DNA of 63,639 bases, counting the filler, from Guillardia theta CCMP2712 (lineage: Eukaryota; Protista; Cryptophyta), in NCBI RefSeq assembly GCF_000315625.1. It is 7 parts of 7 records of this genome, joined end to end, with 100 filler letters (N's around TTAATTAATTAA, not from the genome) between each part and the next. Parts side by side here need not be neighbours in the genome. Positions count along the whole stretch, not along the records: positions 34,433 to 55,249 come from NW_005434605.1; positions 55,350 to 60,257 come from NW_005434167.1; positions 60,358 to 62,427 come from NW_005434642.1; positions 62,528 to 63,639 come from NW_005434565.1; 3 more parts are not named here. One strand, given 5' to 3'. The notes under the pieces are model-generated. The model was given only the letters and a program-made list of their open reading frames with translations. It searched no databases and had not been told where the DNA came from. How positions within the stretch are numbered: the stretch's first letter is position 1; each line of letters begins with the position of its first letter. A program made the translations under genes and the position numbers. Of the stretch, positions 52,442 to 63,639 are shown one piece after another.

Positions 52442-55249
52442 TCACAAGTTCAAGGATTTCTCTGATTTCTTCCTCAGCGCCATTGCCTTCCTTGAGCTCA
52501 AAACCTGCAGCCACGATTACTCCTCCTCCTCATCATCCTCCCCCTCCTCTTCCTCTTCCTCGTCCTCCATCTTCACTGTTCCCTCCTCCCCTCCTTCTTC
52601 ACTGTTCCCTCCTCTCCTTCCTACTCTTACCTCCGCCAGCACCTTCTCCTTGTACTGTGTGTACTTGTTGTCCTTGACAAACCCTTTGGGGAGCGAGCGA
52701 ACCCAACCAGCGAGCGAGTCGCGGAGGATCTGAAGAGAAGATGAGGAGAGGAGAGGAGGAGGGGAGGAGAGGAGGAGGGGAGGAGAGGTCGGGGAGCAGG
52801 AGCGGGAGAGAAAAGGGAAGGAAAGAACGAAGGAGCTTCGAGAGACGTCACAAGAAGAGGAGGAGGAAGGGATGGGGCGGTAGGCAGGAAAGGGAGGGAG
52901 GGAGGAAAGTGCAGGGAGGGAGGGAGGGAGGGGGAGGACCTGAAGAGATCTGCCTTGCAAGTGGAAGAGAGAGCTGCGTTTGAGGAGGAGGAGCTGAGAA
53001 GGTTCTGTGGTGACAATCTGAAGAAATGACGTAAGCGAAGAGAAAGAAGAGGAAAAAGAGGAGAGAGGGAGGGAGGGGAGAGATGAGGGGAGGGAGAGGA
53101 GGGAGAGAGAGGTGACGGAGAAAGGGAGCGAGAGAGGAGAGGGAGCGAGAGAGAGGAGGGAGAGGAGGGGAGAGATGGAGGGAGAGGAGGGGCGAGAGAG
53201 GAGAGAGGAGAGAGGAGCAAGAGGAGGAAGGATGTAGAGGAGGGTATGCGAGCTGACCGTGTAGAAATAAGGAACGTGACCATCTTTCAGGACTGTTTCT
53301 CCTCCGAACCAATCCCCCAGATCAAGCTGACCAACCTGAAAACCTGCCAGTCACCGACTAGAGATTCCACTTCCTCTACCTTTCTCCTCCTCCTCCTCCT
53401 CCTCCTCCTCCTCCTCCTCCTCCTCCTTACCAAGAAGTTCTCGGTTGTTTCGCTTCCTCTGCTCAAGAATTTGTTCTTCCCGTTCGACTGCTGCTGCTCC
53501 ATCGTATCTTCATCCACTTTCCTGACCTGATCCTCCTCGTCAGCCCCCCACTGCCTCCTTCACCAACCTTCCTCCTCCTTCTGCTCTCTCCTCGTCCTCC
53601 TTCTGCTGCTGCTGCTCTTCCTCTCTCTTCCCTCCTCCTCCTCCTCCTCCTCCTCCTCCTCCTCTTTCCCCTCTTCCTCTTCCTCCTACCGCTGCGTGTA
53701 TCTCGCGCAGAAGCCCGTAGTACTTGCCGGAAGACGAAAGATCAGGAGTGCGAAAAACTTCACACCTTCAATGAAGTCAGTGAGAGAGGAGAGGAGAAAG
53801 AGGAGAAGAGGGGAGGAAGGGAGGGAAGGGGAGGGGAGAAGGAGAGGAGAGGAGAGGAGAGGATGATTAACTACTTACTTCCCCCGCCGGATAAAAAAGA
53901 GAGCTTCTGAATTATCTCCCTGCCTACACACCTGAAGACACTTTTAGAACAGATGAGAAGGAGGGGAGGAGGAAGATTACAATGAGGACGAGGATCAGCA
54001 TGGAGGAGGAAAATTGGACAAGCAAGATAGCAGGGAGGAGGGAGGAGGGAGGAGGGAGGAGGGAGGAGGGAGGCGGGAGGCGGGAGGAGGGAGGAGAAGG
54101 AGGGGGGTTCACCACGTGTTTTCCCGCTACAGAGAGAAACTCCATATTGTTGAGCACGAGATCCTCCAATACTCCTGCCTTCCCCCTGCAGCAAGAATCA
54201 TCATCCTGCTCCCATCCCCCGTTCTTCTGAGATCTCGCTACTGCCATCAACCCCAGTCGACACCCTATCCTCCTCTTCCTCTTTCTTCTTCATCTGCACC
54301 TCCTCCAATTCTTCTTCCTCCTCCTCCTCCTCCTCCTCCTCCTGCTTCTGCTCCTGCTCTTCGAATTCTTTTTCTCTTACCACGCGCTGTTGCGAGGGAA
54401 GAGGTCTAGCCTGGGGCTGCAGAATGTTGAGAAGAGGAAGAAAGAAGACGGCGAGAGAGCAGCAGGGGAGGAGAGGAGGAGGAGAAGAGACATGGAAAGG
54501 AGAGAGAGGGAGAGGAGGAAAAGGAGGGAGAGTAGAGAAGGGAGAGGGAGGAGGGAGGGAAGGAGGAGGAGGAGGCGAACCTTGAGAAGAATGCTCTCAG
54601 AAACTGCGCGTCCTGCTCAGCTCGCTCGATCTGCGAGGCTCTGGTTGAAAAAGACAGTGAGATAGGAGAAGGAGGAGGAGGAGGAGGAGGAGGAGGGACC
54701 GCAAGAGAGGGTTTGGAGGAGGAAAAGGCAACAAGGAGGAGAGGATAAGAGAGCCGAGAATTGGGAAAGGAAAGGGACGGGAAGGAGAAGAATGAGGGTG
54801 GGTGAATTGAAGAAGGCTAGAAGGAGGGAGAGAGGGAAGGAGGAAAAAGAGGAAAGGGAGGGACGGGAGGAGGGAGGGACGAGAGGAGGGAGAGGAGGAC
54901 AGGAGGGAGGACAGGAGGGAGGGGGAGGGAGGGGGAGGAGAGGAGAGGAGGAGGACCGGAAGGCCTTGAGGTAGTTCTCCCTCGAGATCGACAGGAGGAG
55001 AGCTCCATGGGGCCCAGCCTTGGCGAAGTTTGCTCGCGACTTGCCCTGCATCACCTCGTCGATCCCGATAGTCATCCCTTCCTGTGCTGGGATCAGGAGG
55101 AGAAGGAGGAGAAGGAGGAGAAGGAGGAGGAGAAGGAGGAGAAGGAGGAGAAGGAGGAGGAGATGGTGGTGGTGAAGAAGAGGTACAGCAGTAGCAGCAG
55201 GAAACAATGGTGATGGTTGTGGGAGGAGGAGGAGGGAGGAGGGAGGGGT
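52442..55249 (-). CDS. Cyclic-nucleotide-binding domain protein, 3' part only
   Basis: EGMTIGIDEVMQGKSRANFAKAGPHGALLLSISRENY; QGDNSEALFFIRRGK; VGQLDLGDWFGGETVL..PYFYT|IVTTEPSQLLLL. These form two cNMP-like blocks. Confidence 0.65.
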
Positions 55250-55349
55250 NNNNNNNNNNNNNNNNNNNNNNNNNNNNNNNNNNNNNNNNNNNNTTAATTA
55301 ATTAANNNNNNNNNNNNNNNNNNNNNNNNNNNNNNNNNNNNNNNNNNNN

Positions 55350-58300
55350 ACTTGTCTACGGAGGTTGAAATTTCAGAGCAGGCTGAAAATAGATTAATAC
55401 CTTGCCCAGCAGGATTTTATTGTGAAACACAGACAATAGAACCAAAGCCATGCAGAGCGGGGACGTACACAGACCAATCAGGCCAAACAAATTGCTTGGA
55501 TTGTCCAGCTGGATTTGTATGCAGCGACATTGCGACCATCCAACCGACGGTATGTCCAGCAGGATACTACTGCGAGTCGAACTGCTCGTCGCCTACTCCG
55601 TGTCCCATCGGCACATACAGCAGCTCGCTCGGACTCGAGGCAGAGTCTGAGTGCCGCCTGTGTCCGGCGGGTCGGTACTGCGCCTCAGTAGGTATTACGC
55701 AGAGCACGGGGGAGTGCATAGCGGGGATATTCTGCGAGGCAGGGGCGAATGACTCGTCGACGCTTGTCGACGTGGAGTCGCCCTCAGGGCGGCGGAGAGT
55801 CATACCGTGTCCAGCGGGGCACTACTGCATAGCAGGGTCCGAGGCACCCTCGCCTTGTCCTCCAGGGACCTACTGTGCAGGCGGAGACTCTCTACCCGCT
55901 CCATGCGAGCCCGGGACGTACAACCAGGAAGCGATGCAGACGAGCTGCAAGCCATGTCCGCCCGGGTACATCTGTAGCCCACGCGCAGTCGTGGACTATG
56001 CGAGAGGGCGAGCGTATGCAGTAGAGGGGCTCGAGGCGTGCGCCGATCCTGACGTCGGGATGCCGAGCTGGACGCAGGAGCTGGTCGGAGGGGGCGGCCA
56101 GTCTGATAGGCGGGGTAGCGCATGGACGGGACGACAGCCGGTATGTCAGCGTGAGCGTGTGGAACCATAGCGGGGGCCAGGGAGGTGCAGGGGGGATACG
56201 AGGTCTACGTAACCAAGCACAGGGTGGACGGGACCGAAGTGTGGAGAAGGGAAGTAGCAGGAGGCGAAGGAAGCACCATGGCGGAGGGGATCGGAGTAGA
56301 CGAGGCGGGGAGTGTGTACGTAGGCATGCGGTGGGAGACAGGGTCCAGGGTATCGAGTCTCGCGGCCTCGACAGGAGGTAGCATGTGGTCAAGGGACCTG
56401 GGAGAGATGATGGCTGGGAGCCGGCTGGGGCTTGCTGGGGGGCAGGATCACGTGTTTGTATCTTGGCGGGGGGCGGGTGGAGGCTCATGGCTGTATAAGT
56501 ACAGCGGGAACGGAAGCTTAGCCTGGGGCAGGAACGTAAGCGTGAGAGGGGATGAAAGCATCAGAGCAGTAGCAAGCGACGTGCTGGAGGAGCAGTCGTA
56601 GTAGCGAAGTGTACAACGGGTCTGCGGGAGCTGCACAGGAGCGGGATGTCTATGTCTACCATGTCAACAAGACGGGGTCCATTGATTGGACGNNNNNNNN
56701 NNNNNNNNNNNNNNNNNNNNNNNNNNNNNNNNNNNNNNNNNNNNNNNNNNNNNNNNNNNNNNNNNNNNNNNNNNNNNNNNNNNNNNNNNNNNNNNNNNNN
56801 NNNNNNNNNNNNNNNNNNNNNNNNNNNNNNNNNNNNNNNNNNNNGCTTGTAGGAGCGGAGTGAAAATGGTTCACGTTAGCAGAGGGACGCTTTTCTTGCC
56901 GTGGTTTCTGCAGAAGGCAAGGAGCGATGGAGGGCCGTGGTGGGGTCGGAGTGGAACGAGGAAGGGGAGTCGGTGAGCACAGACGCGTACGGGGGCATAT
57001 ACCTCCTGGGGTACACGGACATGCCAGCAGAGCAAGGGAGCATACAGGCAGGGAGCTACAGCGCTTTCGTTATGAAGCTGAACGCTTACGGCGAGCGGGG
57101 GTGGACGAGGGTCGTAGCAGGGGAGCGCATGGGCGGATTGGGAGGGATCATAGCCGAGGGGAGCAGCGGGCTAGAGGTAGCTGTCGTACTCAACACGAGC
57201 AACCAAGGACAGGGAGTCCAGGTGTCAGCTTTCTCGTCGTCAGCAGACTGCAGGGGAGTAGGAGACATTGGCAGCCTCGTATGTCCCTTGGGGCACTACT
57301 GTCCGGAAGGCATGGAGAACCTTGAGGCCGGACGGTGTCCGCGGGGCACGTACGGAGGGCAGGAGGGGCTTGCAAATGTGTCGCAGTGCACGAGCTGTCC
57401 TGCTGGGATGTACTGCAACGATACAGGGCTCACGGCTCCAAGCGGGCCTTGTAAAGCAGGATGGTACTGTACCGGAGGGTCTGCGGACGAGCGAGCGCTA
57501 TCATGCGATCCACGGTCTCGGGTATGTCAGAGCGGAGAGTGCAACCAAGATATAGCAAGAGTCATGCCCAATGGGACTTGCGGCGGGGAGTGTCCCTTGG
57601 GCTCCATATGCCCTACGGGCTCGTGGGAGCCCACAGATTGCCCAGCAGGAATGTACTGTGGTACAGCGGGGCTGCGACACCTGCCGACAGGACCCTGCGA
57701 TGCAGGGTACTACTGCCAAGGTGCTTTGGGCGGGCTTGGGGGCAGTACGCCAAGGCCCTGGGAGGGCCTCAGGGGTCGGGGACCATGTCCGCAAGGGCAC
57801 TACTGTCCAGCCGGGACCTTGCAGCCTATAAGCTGTCCTCGGGGGACGTTCTCAGGGACTGTTGGAAACAGAAATGTCAGCGATTGTGAAGCTTGCCCAG
57901 CAGGATACTTTTGTCCTGAAGAAGCTCTGACGTTTGGAACTAATTTTACCTGTCCTTACGGATATTACTGTCCTTTAGGCATGTCGGTGGGATTCGACCT
58001 TGCTTTCATTTGTCCTGTGGGTCACTTCTGCGATGGTCGAAATGCAATTCCTACCGCTTGTTGTTTGGGACAATACCAAGATCAAGTAGGCCAGAGCGCC
58101 TGTAAAGAAGTGCCTGAACGGTATTACTGCCTCCAAAAAATCCGATGGCGTCTGAAAATAGATTAATACCTTGCCCAGCAGGATTTTATTGTGAAACACA
58201 GACAATAGAACCAAAGCCATGCAGAGCGGGGACGTACACAGACCAATCAGGCCAAACAAATTGCTTGGATTGTCCAGCTGGATTTGTATGCNNNNNNNNN

Positions 58301-60257
58301 NNNNNNNNNNNNNNNNNNNNNNNNNNNNNNNNNNNNNNNNNNNNNNNNNNNNNNNNNNNNNNNNNNNNNNNNNNNNNNNNNNNNNNNNNNNNNNNNNNNN
58401 NNNNNNNNNNNNNNNNNNNNNNNNNNNNNNNNNNNNNNNNNNNNNNNNNNNNNNNNNNNNNNNNNNNNNNNNNNNNNNNNNNNNNNNNNNNNNNNNNNNN
58501 NNNNNNNGCAGGGGCGAATGACTCGTCGACGCTAGTCGACGCGGAGTCGCCTCAGGGCGCGGAGAGTAATACGTGTCCAGCGGGCACTACTGCATAGCAG
58601 GGTCCGAGGCACCCTCGCTTGTCTCAGGGACTACTGTGCAGGCGGAGACTCTCTACCCGCTCCATGCGAGCCCGGGACGTACAACCAGGAAGCGATGCAG
58701 ACGAGCTGCAAGCCATGTCCGCCCGGGTACATCTGTAGCCCAGGCGCAGTCGTGGACTATGCGAGAGGGCGAGCGTATGCAGTAGAGGGGCTCGAGGCGT
58801 GCGCCGATCCTGACGTCGGGATGCCGAGCTGGACGCAGGAGCTGGTCGGAGGGGCGGCCAGTCTGATAGGCGGGGTAGCGCATGGACGGGACGACAGCCT
58901 GTATGTCAGCGTGAGCGTGTGGAACAATAGCGGGGGCCAGGGAGGTCAGGGGGGATACGAGGTCTACGTAACCAAGCACAGGGTGGACGGGACCGAAGTG
59001 TGGAGAAGGGAAGTAGCAGGAGGCGAAGGAAGCACCATGGCGGAGGGGATCGGAGTAGACGAGGCGGGGAGTGTGTACGTAGGCATGCGGTGGGAGACAG
59101 GGTCCAGGGTATCGAGTCTCGCGGCCTCGACAGGAGGTAGCATGTGGTCAAGGGACCTGGGAGAGATGATGGCTGGGAGCCGGCTGGGGCTTGCTGGGGG
59201 GCAGGATCACGTGTTTGTATCTTGGCGGGGGCCGGGTGCAGGCTCATGGCTGTATAAGTACAGCGGGAACGGAAGCTTAGCCTGGGGCAGGAACGTAAGC
59301 GTGAGAGGGGATGAAAGCATCAGAGCAGTAGCAAGCGACGGTGCTGGAGGAGCAGTCGTAGTAGGCGAAGTGTACAACGGGTCTGCGGGAGCTGCACAGG
59401 AGCGGGATGTCTATGTCTACCATGTCAACAAGACGGGGTCCATTGATTGGACGGAGGTACTGCAGTGGGCAGGAGAGCAGGTCGCCAGAGGAGTGACAAC
59501 AGACAGGCTGGGGAGGACAATAGTGGTAGGGTATACAGGATCGGTCGGGACCGGAGAAGGGAGCAGCGGTACAGGCAGTGACTTCATATCAGCATCGCGG
59601 GTCAGGCTTGTAGGAGCGGAGTGGACAGGAGCGCTTGAGCAGAGGGACGCTTTTCTTGCCGTGGTTTCTGCAGAAGGCAAGGAGCGATGGAGGGCCGTGG
59701 TGGGCTCGGAGTGGAACGAGGAAGGGGAGTCGGTGAGCACAGACGCGTACGGGGGCATATACCTCCTGGGGTACACGGACATGCCAGCAGAGCAAGGGAG
59801 CATACAGGCAGGGAGCTACAGCGCTTTCGTTATGAAGCTGAACGCTTACGGCGAGCGGGGCTGGACGAGGGTCGTAGCAGGGGAGCGCATGGGCGGACTG
59901 GGAGGGATCATAGCCGAGGGGAGCAGCGGGCTGGAGGTAGCTGTCGTACTCAACACGAGCAACCAAGGACAGGGAGTCCAGGTGTCAGCTTTCTCGTCGT
60001 CAGCAGACTGCAGGGGAGTAGGAGACATTGGCAGCCTCGTATGTCCCTTGGGGCACTACTGTCCGGAAGGCATGGAGAACCTTGAGGCCGGACGGTGTCC
60101 GCGGGGCACGTACGGAGGGCAGGAGGGGCTTGCAAATGTGTCGCAGTGCACGAGCTGTCCTGCTGGGATGTACTGCAACGATACAGGGCTCACGGCTCCA
60201 AGCGGGCCTTGTAAAGCAGGATGGTACTGTACCGGAGGTCTGCGACGAGCGAGCGCT
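55350..60257 (+). CDS. Fragment of a very large Cys-rich protein: GCC2/GCC3 (ephrin-receptor-like) repeats plus an SBBP-like beta-propeller, in a ~2.76-kb tandem module
   Basis: Many CPxGxYC..CPxGTY repeats; propeller blades AEGIGVDEAGSVYVG, GESVSTDAYGGIYLLGYT and AFVMKLNAYGERGW. The sequence at 55385 recurs at 58154 and that at 56845 recurs at 59606. No introns seen; indels lie near gaps. Confidence 0.85.
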
Positions 60258-60359
60258 NNNNNNNNNNNNNNNNNNNNNNNNNNNNNNNNNNNNNNNNNNN
60301 NTTAATTAATTAANNNNNNNNNNNNNNNNNNNNNNNNNNNNNNNNNNNNNNNNNNNNCA

Positions 60360-62427
<2,068 letters not shown>

Positions 62428-62779
62428 NNNNNNNNNNNNNNNNNNNNNNNNNNNNNNNNNNNNNNNNNNNNTTAATTAATTAANNNNNNNNNNNNNNNNN
62501 NNNNNNNNNNNNNNNNNNNNNNNNNNNGTTTCCAGCGAGTTTTTCAGCGATTCAAGGAGACGACGAGGCGAGGAGTGGAACAACGGTTTCGTGTTGGGGA
62601 ACGAGAGTCGCACGGGGTTTGTTTGTGTACAACTTAGAGCAGGAGGAAGCACGAGAGGATCCAAGAATAAAACAAGGCAAGTGCGTGGAGGAAGGGAGCT
62701 TGTTTGGGAGGATTTGGCCGTGAAGAGGAAGTAAATGCTGTTGCCCTTGTACGGGGCCATTGGAGCACTTTGAAGGATG

Positions 62780-63290
62780 GAGGACCGGTCCCTTCTCCAT
62801 GTAATCTCTGGTAGGGGTGTGTTTACTACCCCCCCGAATAAGCTCAAGAACTATGAAAAATTCGTGGTAGGGTCCCTTGGTATGCTAGTGGGGGAGCTGA
62901 TGGGAACTCCACGGGCTAGTAGGTAGGGGTAGGGTGATCATTGAAAAGGGACCGGTGGTGTGATAGAACTTGTCAACAACTACCCTCTTTTTTTGGATCA
63001 CTATCAGCTATTATACCAGGGTAGGTAGGAAAAAAGTTTGTCCTGGCTAGGCACTTAGTGGGTGAAGGGTGAAAATCGGGGGTAGGGTGATGGAATGGGG
63101 GACTGAGACCCCAGGACATCATGGGGGTACTTAAGCTATTTCACTAGGGTAGGGGTCGTACAGTGTAGCAGGTTCGGAGGGGGGTAGGGTTTCGAAATGG
63201 ATCTACTACAGGAAGTCTTTGGAGTGGGGGGTGGTAAAATGGATTTTGAGGGGTAGGGTGATAATTCAGGGGTAGGTCGGCAAGATTTTT
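62780..63290. promoter_or_regulatory. GGGGT/GGGTAGGG motif island followed by an AT-rich tract
   Basis: Dense GGGTAGGGT and GGGGTA words; no ORF. Confidence 0.35.
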
Positions 63291-63639
63291 AAAACATTTG
63301 TAAAAGAAACGTAGTAAACACTTGATTTGTACTGAATATCAATAATATTTATAAATACGATACGAAGAGAGTTCAAAAAACTATGATTCGCTCTTTACAA
63401 CATATTTAAAAGTTTCTATAAGTTTCTATACTCAAAATAGGTTATAGACATGGAAACAGGAATGTTCTGCTGACACATGTCAGCAGCAGGAGAAACGAAA
63501 AGCGCAGAAAGGAAAGATGCCGAGAGGCAGGAGGAGGGATGAGAAGGAAAGAAGAATGTAGGATGGATGGATAGATGGGATCAGTGATGAGGAGGAGGGA
63601 GGGAGGAGAGAGGTGGGAGCAGAGAGGAGGGAGCAGAGA

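Overview
Eukaryotic, intron-rich nuclear DNA, most consistent with a cryptophyte alga. That assignment is inferred from short introns with CTGAC branch sites, GAG/CTC-rich introns and bipartite signal+transit leaders; no marker gene confirms it. Six artificial 100-bp spacers (44 N + TTAATTAATTAA + 44 N) split the window into seven pieces, so neighbourhood across a spacer is not reliable. Recognisable genes: TRF4/PAPD5-like poly(A) polymerase, a vWA + alpha-kinase with a RING finger inserted in the kinase domain, a GT49/LARGE-like glycosyltransferase, condensin CAP-D2, a degenerate LMW-PTP-like protein, a Vps39/Vps3-family CNH protein, a NIPA Mg transporter, an ankyrin protein, fused tryptophan synthase alpha-beta, TM9SF, a cNMP-binding protein, a tandemly duplicated Cys-rich/beta-propeller protein and a C2-domain protein. 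The most striking non-coding structure is a ~15-copy array of a 332-bp unit dense in palindromes. It is interrupted once by a 2,095-bp element with perfect 25-bp terminal inverted repeats and a 3-bp target duplication. Dispersed GGGGT/ACCCC-rich islands lie mostly at gene 5' ends and also at both ends of that element. Several frameshifts fall in homopolymers and look like sequencing errors. All family assignments come from motif recognition by eye; no database searches were run.
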